This document shows, one piece after another, positions 36,572-45,594 of a stretch of 64,000 nt of DNA (positions are counted from its first letter, which is position 1; each line of letters opens with the position of its first letter). The translations under genes and the position numbers were made by a program. This DNA is from an uncultured Candidatus Rokubacteria bacterium (GTDB lineage: Bacteria; Methylomirabilota; Methylomirabilia; Rokubacteriales; DASRDR01). The notes beneath the pieces were generated by a model. It was given only the letters and a program-made list of their open reading frames with translations, did no database searches and was not told the origin of the DNA. The stretch covers positions 96,001 through 160,000 of the forward strand of contig CAWGVS010000007.1 of the NCBI GenBank assembly GCA_963826115.1, in the 5' to 3' direction.

Positions 36572-37666
36572 GTGAAAGCAGCGATCCTCTACGAGGCCAA
36601 CAAGCCGCTCCAGGTCGTCGACGTCGAGCAGGAGGGCCCGAAGACCGGCGAGGCCCGGGTCCGCGTGATGGCGACGGGCGTCTGCCACAGCGACTGGCAC
36701 ATCATGAACGGCGACTGGGCGTCGCCCATGCCGGTCGTCCTGGGACACGAGGCGGCCGGGCTCGTGGAGGACGTCGGGGCCGGCGTGAAGACGGTCCGTC
36801 CCGGGGACCACGTGATCTTCTCCTTCCGTCCCCACTGCGGCCGGTGCCTCTACTGCTCGACGGGCCGGACGATCCTCTGCGACGGCCACACCGCCGCCCG
36901 CGGCATGCAGCTCGACGACACGTTCCGGCTGCGCCGGAACGGCCAGGGGATCTACCAGATGGGGCGGATCGGCACCTTCGGCGAGCACGTGGTCTGCCCG
37001 GCGGAGATGCTGGTGCCGATGCGCAAGGAGATGCCCTGGGCCCAGGCCGCCCTCCTCGGCTGCTGCGTCCCGACCGGCGTGGGCGCGGTGACCCGGTGCG
37101 CCCAGGTCGAGTCGGGCGCCTCCGTCGTCGTGATCGGCTGCGGCGGCGTCGGCCTGAACGTCGTCCAGGGCGCGCGCCTCGCGGGGGCCCGGATGATCGT
37201 CGCGTGCGATCTCCTCGACAACAAGCTCGTCTTCGCCAAGGAGTTCGGCGCCACCCACACGGTCAACGCGGCCCACGCGGACGTCGTGGAGACGGTGCGC
37301 GGCCTCACCGGCGGCCGCGGCGCCGACTACGCCTTCGACGCCATCGGGAGCGAGAAGACCACGCTCCAGATCATCGACGCGGTTCGCCCCGGCGGCACCG
37401 CGGTGATCGTGGGCATGGCGCCGCAGGCCGTGCGGGCGCCGATCAATCCGTACCTCATGGCCGTCCAGGAGAAGGTCATCAAGGGCACGATGTACGGCAG
37501 CGTCCGCCCGAACGTCGACTTCCCCTGGCTCGTCGACCTCTATCTCGACGGCCGGCTCAAGGTCGACCAGCTCGTCAGCCGGACCTACCGGCTCGCGGAG
37601 ATCAACGAGGGCTTCGCCGCGATGCGCGGCGGCCAGGTCGCGCGGGGCGTCATCGTCTTCAGCTGA
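36572..37666 (+). CDS. Zn-dependent alcohol dehydrogenase (MDR, class III-like)
   Basis: GVCHSD, GHE, CGRCLYC...C structural Zn site, GCGGVG. Confidence 0.93.
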   Translation: MKAAILYEANKPLQVVDVEQEGPKTGEARVRVMATGVCHSDWHIMNGDWASPMPVVLGHEAAGLVEDVGAGVKTVRPGDHVIFSFRPHCGRCLYCSTGRTILCDGHTAARGMQLDDTFRLRRNGQGIYQMGRIGTFGEHVVCPAEMLVPMRKEMPWAQAALLGCCVPTGVGAVTRCAQVESGASVVVIGCGGVGLNVVQGARLAGARMIVACDLLDNKLVFAKEFGATHTVNAAHADVVETVRGLTGGRGADYAFDAIGSEKTTLQIIDAVRPGGTAVIVGMAPQAVRAPINPYLMAVQEKVIKGTMYGSVRPNVDFPWLVDLYLDGRLKVDQLVSRTYRLAEINEGFAAMRGGQVARGVIVFS

Positions 37667-37702
37667 GCCGACGGGCGCGGCGCCGGGAAGACCGCGGCGT
37701 CG

Positions 37703-39265
37703 TCAGGCGAGCGGCAGGCGGACCGTGACGACCGCGCCGCCCTCGGGTCGGGTCGCCGCGCTCACCGAGCCGCCGTAGCCCTCGACGATCGCCTTGACGA
37801 GAGCCAGGCCGAGCCCGGTGTGGCCGTCCTCGCTTTTCCCCGGGCCCGGTCGGTAGCTGTAGAAGCGCGAGAAGATCAGCGTCTCGCTGCCCGCCGGGAA
37901 CCCCGGTCCCTCGTCGGTGACCGTCACGACCGCCCATCCCCCCTGGCGCGCGAGCTCGATCCGCACGGTACCGTCCCGCGGCGAGAACGAGAGCGCGTTG
38001 TCGAGCACGTTTTCGAAGACCGCGGTCAGGCGCTCCGGGACGCCGCGCACCACGACAGGCCCCGGCGCCGGCGCGAGCTCGAGGCGCGGCCTCGCGCCCG
38101 CGCGGAGGCGGTAGCCCTCCGCGATCGCCGCGAGGAGGGCGCCCAGGTCCACCGGCGCCCGCTCCTCCGTCTCGATACCGGCGTCGATCCGGGCGAGCTC
38201 GCGCGACCCGGTCACGAGGTGCTCCATCCGCGCGACCTCGCGCTGGACCAGCTCGAGGAAGCGGCGGCGCTCCGCCGGCGTGTCGACCTCGGCCAGGATC
38301 TCGGTCGCGCTCCGGATCGAGGCGAGCGGGTTCTTCAGCTCGTGCCCGAGGTCGGCGGCGAACGACTCGGTGAAGCGCGCATGGTCCTCGAGCCGCCGGG
38401 TCAGCTCCTCGAGGGCCCGCGCCAGCTCGCCGATCTCGTCCCGCCGCCGCGAGCCGCCGAACCGGCCCCGGAGGCGGCCGCGCCGATCGAGGATCGCGCG
38501 GGCCTCGTCGCGCAGGCGGCGGAGCGGCCGGACGAACGTGGTCGAGACGAGGAGGCTCAGGACCACGGCCACCCCGACGGAGGCGAGGAGGACCTTGAAG
38601 ACGCCGAGCCGCGTCTGGTCGAGAGCGCGGAAGAGCCGCGTCGTGGACTGCGAGATCTCCACGGCGCCCGCCACCCGTCCGCCGTCCCAGACCGGCAGCG
38701 CGCCGAAGAGCGTCATCGAGCGGCGCCCGCCCGGCGACGCGCGCGTGCGCGCGCCGTAGCGGCCGGCGAGCGCGGCCCGCACCTCGGGAGTGGCGAGCAC
38801 GTCCGTCGAGCCGGCGGGCTCGACCGCCTCGGGCTCGGCGGACGGCCCGCCGAGCAGCCGCTCGCCTTGCCGGTAGAGCCACGCGCCCACCTGGTAGAGC
38901 GGCTCGTCTCGCACCCGGGTCGCCCGCGACCGCGCCTCCGCGTCGTCCTCGAGCCGGGGGCCGAGACGGGCCGAGTCCGCGAGGATCCGGCCGTCGGGAT
39001 CCACCACGCGGAGCCGCGCCTCCGACTGCTGGCGGAGCCGCTGGAGGAGCCCCTCGGCGTCCCGGGCGAGGAGCGGGCCCCGCTCGGAGAGCGCGGCCGC
39101 GAGAACGCGCCCCTCCTGGACCATCGCGCGCTCCTGCGCGTCTAGGAGCTGCCGCTCGTAGACGTCGAGGTAGTACACGCCGGCGACCGGCAGGAAGACC
39201 AGGAGCAGGTTGAACGCCAGGAGCCGCACGGAGATCCCCGACACCAGCCGCGCGAGCCAGCTCAC
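37703..39265 (-). CDS. Sensor histidine kinase, ChvG/PdsS-like (TM-sensor-TM-HAMP-HisKA-HATPase)
   Basis: LLAFNLLL..G.YYLD.YE, RDEIGELAR, HELKNPLASIRSA, NVLDNALSFSP, DEGPG, GLGLAL; GTG start overlaps the regulator stop. Confidence 0.92.
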   Translation of the reverse strand: MSWLARLVSGISVRLLAFNLLLVFLPVAGVYYLDVYERQLLDAQERAMVQEGRVLAAALSERGPLLARDAEGLLQRLRQQSEARLRVVDPDGRILADSARLGPRLEDDAEARSRATRVRDEPLYQVGAWLYRQGERLLGGPSAEPEAVEPAGSTDVLATPEVRAALAGRYGARTRASPGGRRSMTLFGALPVWDGGRVAGAVEISQSTTRLFRALDQTRLGVFKVLLASVGVAVVLSLLVSTTFVRPLRRLRDEARAILDRRGRLRGRFGGSRRRDEIGELARALEELTRRLEDHARFTESFAADLGHELKNPLASIRSATEILAEVDTPAERRRFLELVQREVARMEHLVTGSRELARIDAGIETEERAPVDLGALLAAIAEGYRLRAGARPRLELAPAPGPVVVRGVPERLTAVFENVLDNALSFSPRDGTVRIELARQGGWAVVTVTDEGPGFPAGSETLIFSRFYSYRPGPGKSEDGHTGLGLALVKAIVEGYGGSVSAATRPEGGAVVTVRLPLA

Positions 39266-39981
39266 GGCGCGTCCTCGCGGTAGCGGTAGCCGAGCCCGTG
39301 CACGGTGTCGATCGCTTCGAATGTGGGGTCGACCTCGGCGAACTTGGCGCGGATCCGCTTGACGTGCGAGTCGACGGTCCGCTCGCTGACGTAGGCGTCG
39401 TGGGGATACCCCTGCTCGAGGAGCTGCTTCCGCGAGCGCACGTGGCCCGGCCGGCGCGCGAGGGCGGCCACGATCAGGAACTCGGTGACGGTCAGCGCGA
39501 CGACCACGTCCTTCCAGCGCGCCAGGTGCCGGTCGAAGTCGAGCGTGAGGGAGCCGAGGGTGACCGCGTTGGCCGCCGGCCGCTCGTCCGGGTGCCGGCC
39601 GAGCGCCGCGCGGCGGAACAGGACGCGGACCCGGGCCACCAGCTCCCGTACCGAGAACGGCTTGCAGAGGTAGTCGTCCGCGCCGAGCTCGAGCCCGAGG
39701 ATCCGGTCGAGCTCCTCGTCGCGCGACGTGAGGAAGATGATCGGGAGCGCGGCGCTCCGGACGCGGAGCCGGCGGCAGAGCTCGAGCCCGTCGACGCGCG
39801 GCATCAGGATGTCGAGCACCACGAGGTCCGGCAGGCGGTGCTCGAAGGCCTCCCAGGCGAGCGCGCCGTCGGCGTAGGCCTCCACCTGGTAGCCCTCGCG
39901 CTGGAGCGCGAACCCCACCGTCTCGCGGATCGACTGCTCGTCGTCCACCACGGCGACCCGCCCCTTCTCCCCCGTCGGCAT
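39262..39981 (-). CDS. OmpR-family response regulator, ChvI/PdsR-like
   Basis: VVDDE, LDILMP, FLTSRDEE, GADDYLCKPF, LTVTEF, RTVDSHVKRIR, GLGYRY. Confidence 0.93.
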   Translation of the reverse strand: MPTGEKGRVAVVDDEQSIRETVGFALQREGYQVEAYADGALAWEAFEHRLPDLVVLDILMPRVDGLELCRRLRVRSAALPIIFLTSRDEELDRILGLELGADDYLCKPFSVRELVARVRVLFRRAALGRHPDERPAANAVTLGSLTLDFDRHLARWKDVVVALTVTEFLIVAALARRPGHVRSRKQLLEQGYPHDAYVSERTVDSHVKRIRAKFAEVDPTFEAIDTVHGLGYRYREDAP

Positions 39982-39988
39982 GGGAGCC

Positions 39989-40018
39989 AGCATGGGACGG
40001 CGCTCGTTCGGGCGTCAA
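39989..40018 (-). promoter_or_regulatory. sigma70 promoter giving a probably leaderless response-regulator mRNA
   Basis: Minus strand TTGACG-18 nt-CATGCT-7 nt-ATG(39981). Confidence 0.55.
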
Positions 40019-40029
40019 GGAAACTCCCT

Positions 40030-40056
40030 GCCACAGCGCCGCCACAATTCGCCACG
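40030..40056 (+). promoter_or_regulatory. Tandem GCCAC(A/G) direct repeats, candidate OmpR/ChvI-type binding site
   Basis: GCCACA at 40030, GCCACA at 40041, GCCACG at 40051 (10-11 bp phasing) in the divergent intergenic region. Confidence 0.55.
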
Positions 40057-40156
40057 AACGTTCCCCGACCGCGCCCCGGTGGCGCCACGGGCGTCCGCTA
40101 CAACCAGCCGAGAGCACGGGCGTCTCCCGAACCCCTCGCACTCATGGAGGTGCGTC

Positions 40157-42199
40157 ATGCGACTCGGACTGGTCCGCTGGCTGGTGGCGATCCTGGCGGT
40201 GATCGGGGCCTCGAGCGCCCCCGCCCAGGAATCACCCTCGCGCGTCACCCACGGAAGCCTCCTCGTCCATACCCACGTTGCGGGACCGCCCGACGAGGTC
40301 CCCGCGGTCCGGACCGAGGTCCGGATGCGGGTCACCGGCCCCATCGCGCGCGTGGCGGTCACGCAGGAGTTCCGGAACCCCACCGCCAACTGGCTCGAGG
40401 GCGTCTACGTCTTCCCGCTCCCCGAGGGCGCGGCCGTCGACGTGATGCGCCTCCAGGTCGGGGAGCGGGTCCTCGAAGGGCAGATCCAGGAGCGGGAGGC
40501 GGCGCGCCAGGTCTACCAGGAGGCCAAGCAGAGCGGCAAGAAGGCCTCCCTCCTCGAGCAGGAGCGCCCGAACATCTTCACGGCGTCGGTTGCCAACATC
40601 GGACCCGGAGAGACGGTGCTGATCGACATCGAGTACCAGGAGGTCGTCCGCTACGACCAGGGCGAGTTCCGGCTCCGCTTCCCGATGGTGGTGGGCCCTC
40701 GCTACATCCCCGGCGTCGACGCGGTCGCCGGCGCGCCCGGCACCGGCTGGGGCGTGAACACCCGCGAGGTCCCCGACGCCGAGCGGATCACGCCGCCGGT
40801 GCGCCACCCGCGGGAGGGCGCGGCGAACCCGGTGCGCCTGACGATCGAGCTCGACGCGGGGTTCCCGCTCAAGCGGCTCGCCAGCCCGTACCACGCCATC
40901 GTGACGACTCCGGCGTCGAAGACCGCGCACTCGATCGCGCTCGCCGACGCCGCGGTGCCGGCGGACCGCGACTTCGAGCTCGTGTGGGCGCCCGACCCGG
41001 GCCGGCAACCGGCGGCGGCCGTGTTCACCGAGCAGCACGGCGGCGACACCTACGCGCTGGTGATGCTCCTGCCGCCCGCCCCGACGGATGCGGCGGGGAG
41101 CCGCCTCCCGCGCGAGGTGATCTTCGTCATCGACACCTCCGGGTCAATGGCCGGCGCCTCGATCCAGCAGGCGCGTCTCGCCCTCGAGGAGGCGCTCGCC
41201 GCACTGGCGCCGGGCGATCGGTTCAACGTGATCCAGTTCAACTCCCGGACGGAGCAGCTCTTCCCGGCGAGCGTCCCCGCGGGGCCGGCGGAGCTCGCGC
41301 GCGCGCGGCGCTGGGTCCAGGGCCTCCAGGCCAACGGCGGCACCGAGATGCTCCCCGCCCTCCAGGCCGCGCTGGCGGACTCGAGCGAGACGGGTGGCGT
41401 CCGCCAGGTCGTGTTCGTCACCGACGGGCTCGTCGGGAACGAGGAGCAGCTCTTCACCTTCCTCTCGAAGAGCCTCGGCCGGAGCCGCCTCTTCACCGTG
41501 GGGATCGGCGCCGCGCCGAACGGTCACTTCATGACGAAGGCCGCGCAGTTCGGCCGCGGGACCTACACGTACATCGGAAGCCCGGGCGAGGTAGGCGAGA
41601 AGATGGGCGCGCTCTTCCGGAAGCTCGAGCACCCGGTCCTGGGCGACGTCGCCGTCAGCTGGGGCGGCGAGCCCGTCGAGGCCTGGCCCGCGAGCGTGCC
41701 TGATCTCTACCTCGGCGAGCCCGTCGTTCTGCTGGGGCGCCTCGGCGCGACCGCGACCGCGGAGCTCACGGTGATCGGCCGCCGCGACACGGAGCCCTGG
41801 ACGGCCGCGCTCCGGATCGAGTCCGGTCCCGACGAGACGGGCGTCCACAAGCTCTGGGCCCGGAAGAAGATCTCCGGGCTCATGGACCGCATGCGTGAGG
41901 GCGACGACCGCGCCGAGACGCGCAGCGCGGTCGTCGCGGTCGCCCTCCAGCACCACCTCGTCTCGGCCTACACGAGCCTGGTCGCGGTCGATGTCACGCC
42001 GACCCGGCCCGAGGGCACGCCCGGCCGGACGGCGAACGTGCCGGTGGCGCTTCCCGCCGGGATGGTCCATGAGACGGTCTTCGGCGGTCTGCCGCAGGGC
42101 GCGACGCCCGCGCCGCTGTACGCCGCCCTCGGTCTCGCGTCGCTCGCGCTCGCCCTCGGCATGGCGCGGCGGGCCTTCGCGCCGGGAGGCGTCCGGTGA
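40157..42199 (+). CDS. VIT + vWA domain sortase target protein (marine-proteobacterial sortase target type)
   Basis: RBS GGAGG, signal peptide, VIT (FRNP...EGVYVFPLP), vWA DTSGSM...GGTE...TDG, C-terminal LPQGAT + TM + RR. Confidence 0.92.
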   Translation: MRLGLVRWLVAILAVIGASSAPAQESPSRVTHGSLLVHTHVAGPPDEVPAVRTEVRMRVTGPIARVAVTQEFRNPTANWLEGVYVFPLPEGAAVDVMRLQVGERVLEGQIQEREAARQVYQEAKQSGKKASLLEQERPNIFTASVANIGPGETVLIDIEYQEVVRYDQGEFRLRFPMVVGPRYIPGVDAVAGAPGTGWGVNTREVPDAERITPPVRHPREGAANPVRLTIELDAGFPLKRLASPYHAIVTTPASKTAHSIALADAAVPADRDFELVWAPDPGRQPAAAVFTEQHGGDTYALVMLLPPAPTDAAGSRLPREVIFVIDTSGSMAGASIQQARLALEEALAALAPGDRFNVIQFNSRTEQLFPASVPAGPAELARARRWVQGLQANGGTEMLPALQAALADSSETGGVRQVVFVTDGLVGNEEQLFTFLSKSLGRSRLFTVGIGAAPNGHFMTKAAQFGRGTYTYIGSPGEVGEKMGALFRKLEHPVLGDVAVSWGGEPVEAWPASVPDLYLGEPVVLLGRLGATATAELTVIGRRDTEPWTAALRIESGPDETGVHKLWARKKISGLMDRMREGDDRAETRSAVVAVALQHHLVSAYTSLVAVDVTPTRPEGTPGRTANVPVALPAGMVHETVFGGLPQGATPAPLYAALGLASLALALGMARRAFAPGGVR

Positions 42200-42876
42200 G
42201 CCGGCGCAGCGCCCGGCTCCTCTTCCTCGGCCTGATCCTCCTGGCGGCGGGTTTCGGCGCCGCCTCCAGCCGGATCTACGTGAAGGCCTGGCTCGCCCAG
42301 CGGCTCCTCCACCGGGCGTGGGCGGCGACCCAGGCCGGGGGCGGCCCGGTCAAGCCGTGGCCGTGGGCCGACACGTGGCCCGTCGCTCGGCTGTCCCTGC
42401 CGGATCGCGGGGTCGATCTCATCGTGCTGGCGGACGCAAGCGGCCGCTCGATGGCGTTCGGCCCGGGCGTCGTCGCGGGCACGGCCCCGCCGGGCGCGCC
42501 GGGCCACACCGTCCTGGGCGGTCACCGCGACACGCAGTTCCGCTTCCTGAAGGACCTGGCGCCCGGCGAGCGGGTGCGCCTTGAGGCCGCGGACGGCTCG
42601 CGGCGCGACTACGCGGTCACCGAGACGCTGATCGTCGACGCGCACGCCGTAGAGATCCTGTGGGACACGGGCGACGCGCAGCTCTCCCTCGTCACCTGCT
42701 TCCCGTTCGACGCGCTCGTGCCGGGCGGCCCGCTTCGCTACGTCGTGCGGGCGGTCGCGATTCCGCCCGGGGGCCCGGCGGGCGTGACGCGGGCCGGGGG
42801 CGAGGTGCCGCGCGACCCAGGAGGCCGATCAGCTTGGCCGCCAGCGCCGGGCCGGTCCCCGTCTCCTCGTGCTTGA
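42196..42876 (+). CDS. Class GN (SrtD-like) sortase
   Basis: KAWLAQ.LL.RAW, KPWPWADTWPVARL, LAFGPG-like, GHRDT, LVTCFPF, LRY (His/Cys/Arg triad). Confidence 0.93.
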   Translation: MSRRSARLLFLGLILLAAGFGAASSRIYVKAWLAQRLLHRAWAATQAGGGPVKPWPWADTWPVARLSLPDRGVDLIVLADASGRSMAFGPGVVAGTAPPGAPGHTVLGGHRDTQFRFLKDLAPGERVRLEAADGSRRDYAVTETLIVDAHAVEILWDTGDAQLSLVTCFPFDALVPGGPLRYVVRAVAIPPGGPAGVTRAGGEVPRDPGGRSAWPPAPGRSPSPRA

Positions 42877-43504
42877 AGTAGACGAACGCGTCGCGCCACT
42901 CGGCCCGCGCCGCGATCGCGGCCCACCGGGCGAGCGCCTTCCGCCCGTAGGCGCGGTCCCGGAGGCGGAGGTAGCCGAAGTCCGCGGTGGGGACGACGGG
43001 CGTGGTGCCGTCCGCCGTGTCGGCGACGCAGAGGGCCGCGTTCCGGGCCCGCAGTGCCCGGTACACCTCGTCGTCGAGCCACGACGCGTGACGGAACTCG
43101 ACGGCCACGCGGACGGACGGCGGGAGGAGCGCCAGGCAGCCGTCGAGCCGCGTCACGTCCTTCCGGAAGTTCGGAGGCAGCTGGAGGAGGAGCGGACCGC
43201 GCTTGGGGCCGAGCCCGGCCAGGGTGTCGAGGAAGGCGGCGAGCGGCTCGGCGGGGTCCCGCAGGCGAGTGAAGTGGGTGATCCACCGCGGGACCTTCAG
43301 CGCGAAGACGAATCCCGGCGGTGTGCCCCGGGCCCAGCCGTCCACCGCCTGGACGGTCGGCGCCCGGTAGAACGTGGCGGTGAGCTCGACCGTGCGGAAG
43401 CGCTCGGCGTAGTACGGCAGCATCCGCGCCGGCGAGAAACGCGCGGGATAGAAGGCGCCCCGCCACGCGGGGTAGCTGTACCCGGACGTGCCGACGTGGA
43501 CCAC
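42692..43504 (-). CDS. DUF72 domain protein
   Basis: VGTSGYSY..W.G.FYP, TVE...TFY, LLQLPP, VEFRH.SW, YLRLR, FVYFKH. Confidence 0.92.
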   Translation of the reverse strand: MVHVGTSGYSYPAWRGAFYPARFSPARMLPYYAERFRTVELTATFYRAPTVQAVDGWARGTPPGFVFALKVPRWITHFTRLRDPAEPLAAFLDTLAGLGPKRGPLLLQLPPNFRKDVTRLDGCLALLPPSVRVAVEFRHASWLDDEVYRALRARNAALCVADTADGTTPVVPTADFGYLRLRDRAYGRKALARWAAIAARAEWRDAFVYFKHEETGTGPALAAKLIGLLGRAAPRPRPASRPPGPRAESRPPARRSEAGRPARARRTGSR

Positions 43505-43525
43505 CGGCGGCCGGGCGCCCGCGCC

Positions 43526-44188
43526 TCAGACGGTGGCCGCGCTGAGCGCCGCCTCGCGGAAGCGGCGCACCTCGGCTGCGGGGTCGCGCGTCGCGAAGAT
43601 CGCGGACCCCGCGACCAGCGTCGTCGCCCCCCGGAGCGCGAGCGGGCGGCAGTGCTCGAGCTTCACGCCCCCGTCCACCGACACCTCGAGGGGGCGCTCG
43701 CCGAGGCGGTTCTTCAGGTCCACCAGCTTCGCGTAGGTCGCGGGGATGAAGGTCTGGCCGCCGAACCCGGGATTCACCGACATGATCAGCACGAGATCCG
43801 CGGCGTCGAGCACGTAGTCGAGCATCGCGGTCGGCGTCCCCGGGTTCAGGGCCACGCCCACGCGCGCGCCCAGCTCCCGGATCCGGCCGAGCGTCCGGTG
43901 GAGGTGCGGGCACGCCTCCACGTGCACGGTCAGCGCGGTGCCGCCCGCCCGGACGTAGGTCTCGAGGTAGGGGTCGACGTTGTCCACCATCAGGTGGAGG
44001 TCGAGCGGCAGCTTCGTGTGCTTGCGGATCGCCTCGATGACCGGCGGCCCGATCGTGAGATTCGGCACGAAGTGCCCGTCCATCACGTCGACGTGGATCT
44101 GGTCGGCGCCCCCCGCCTCGACCCGCGCGATCTCGTCGGCGAGCGCGGCGTAGTCGGCCGAGAGGATCGACGGGGCGATCTTGATCAT
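43526..44188 (-). CDS. rpe: Ribulose-phosphate 3-epimerase
   Basis: IAPSILSAD, HVDVMDGHFVPNLT, MSVNPGFGGQ, VDGG. Confidence 0.97.
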   Translation of the reverse strand: MIKIAPSILSADYAALADEIARVEAGGADQIHVDVMDGHFVPNLTIGPPVIEAIRKHTKLPLDLHLMVDNVDPYLETYVRAGGTALTVHVEACPHLHRTLGRIRELGARVGVALNPGTPTAMLDYVLDAADLVLIMSVNPGFGGQTFIPATYAKLVDLKNRLGERPLEVSVDGGVKLEHCRPLALRGATTLVAGSAIFATRDPAAEVRRFREAALSAATV

Positions 44189-45594
44189 GCGCGCCTCCTC
44201 AAGCGGTGCGCCGTGAAGCCGTCGGAGCCGTGGCGGTGCGGCATCATGCGGAGGACGTCCGGCGACGCCCGGCAGGCCGCGGGGACGGCGTCCGGGAGCG
44301 GGTCGGGCACGAAGTCCGGCCGGCGGGCCCGGAGTCCCGCCACGACGGCCTCGTTCTCCTCCGGCTCGAGCGAGCACGTCGCGTAGACGAGAACGCCGCC
44401 CGGGCGGACCAGCGTCGCCGCGGCGTCCAGGATGCTCGCCTGGGTCGCGGCGAGCGCGGCGAGGTCACCGGGCGCGCGCCGCCACTTGCCGTCGGGGTTG
44501 CGCCGGAGGACCCCGAGGTTCGAGCACGGCGCGTCGACCAGGACGCGGTCGCACGCCGGGCCGAGGTCCCGGGCGAGCACGGCCGCGTCGGCCTGACGGG
44601 ACTCGACGATCGTCGCCCCGAGCCGCAGGCACGCCTCCCGGAGCAGGCCGAGCCGCCCCGCGTGCGGGTCGGCGGCGACGATCCGCCCCTGGTTCGCCAT
44701 GAGGGCCGCCAGGTGCGTGGTCTTCGTCCCCGGCGCCGCGCACACGTCGGCGACGGTTTCTCCGGGCCGGGGCGCGAGGGCATGCCCCACGAGAATGGCC
44801 GCCTCGTCCTGGACCGTGGCGGCGCCGTCGCGGAGGGGCGCGAGCTGCCGGAGGTCGCCGGCCCGCTCGAGCGAGAGGCCCTCGGGCGCGAAGCGCGTCC
44901 GCGCCGCGCCGACCCCGGCGCGCTGGAGCGCCGCGATCACCGCGTCGACCGCCCCGCGGAGCGCGTTCGCCCGGACGACGACCGGCGGCGCCTGGTTCAT
45001 GGCGAGAGCGAGCGCCTCCGCGTCGGCGGGCCCGTAACGCGCCCACCAGCGGTCGACGAGCCAGGTCGGGCAGGACGTGCGGAGCGCGAGCGCCTCCACG
45101 GGATCCTCGGCGGTCGGAGCGGGCCAGGGCCGCGGCGTCGCCGCGATCGCCCGGAGCACGCCGTTCACGAAGGCGGTCGCCCCCGAGGACCGCCGACGCT
45201 TCGCGAGCTCCACGGCCTCGTGGACCGCGGCCCACGGCGGGATCCGGTCGAGGTACTCGAGCTGGTAAGCCGTGAGTCGGAGCAGCGCGCGAACCCACGG
45301 CGCGAGATCTTCGAGGGGCCGCCGCGACGCGCGCGCGAGCGTCCAGTCGAGGCGCCGCTGCCAGCGCAGAGTCCCGAGCACGAGCTCCGTGGCGAGGCCG
45401 CGGTCCCGCGGCGCGAGCCCGGCGCGGTCCGTGAGCGTCTCGAGGAGCCGGTCCGCGTACGCCTCCGTCGTTTCGGTCCGGACGAGAACCTCCAGCGCGA
45501 CCCCGCGGGCCGACGGGCGCCGCCGAGCCGCGAGCGCCGTCGCGCCGGCCGAGGCCGGCGGGACGGCCTCAGCGCCGCGAGATCGGCGCGCCAA
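44185..45594 (-). CDS. rsmB: 16S rRNA m5C967 methyltransferase
   Basis: NusB-like N-domain (FVNGVLR), QDEA, DVCAAPGTKT, LVDAPCS, YATCS..PEEN. Confidence 0.95.
   Translation of the reverse strand: MARRSRGAEAVPPASAGATALAARRRPSARGVALEVLVRTETTEAYADRLLETLTDRAGLAPRDRGLATELVLGTLRWQRRLDWTLARASRRPLEDLAPWVRALLRLTAYQLEYLDRIPPWAAVHEAVELAKRRRSSGATAFVNGVLRAIAATPRPWPAPTAEDPVEALALRTSCPTWLVDRWWARYGPADAEALALAMNQAPPVVVRANALRGAVDAVIAALQRAGVGAARTRFAPEGLSLERAGDLRQLAPLRDGAATVQDEAAILVGHALAPRPGETVADVCAAPGTKTTHLAALMANQGRIVAADPHAGRLGLLREACLRLGATIVESRQADAAVLARDLGPACDRVLVDAPCSNLGVLRRNPDGKWRRAPGDLAALAATQASILDAAATLVRPGGVLVYATCSLEPEENEAVVAGLRARRPDFVPDPLPDAVPAACRASPDVLRMMPHRHGSDGFTAHRLRRRA

Noticed and set aside
43504-43528. 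rpe and DUF72 are in frame across a single TGA (possible selenocysteine or read-through fusion)
   Set aside because: The TGA falls at the normal Rpe C-terminus in a non-catalytic linker, DUF72 has its own GTG, and no SECIS-like hairpin is evident.
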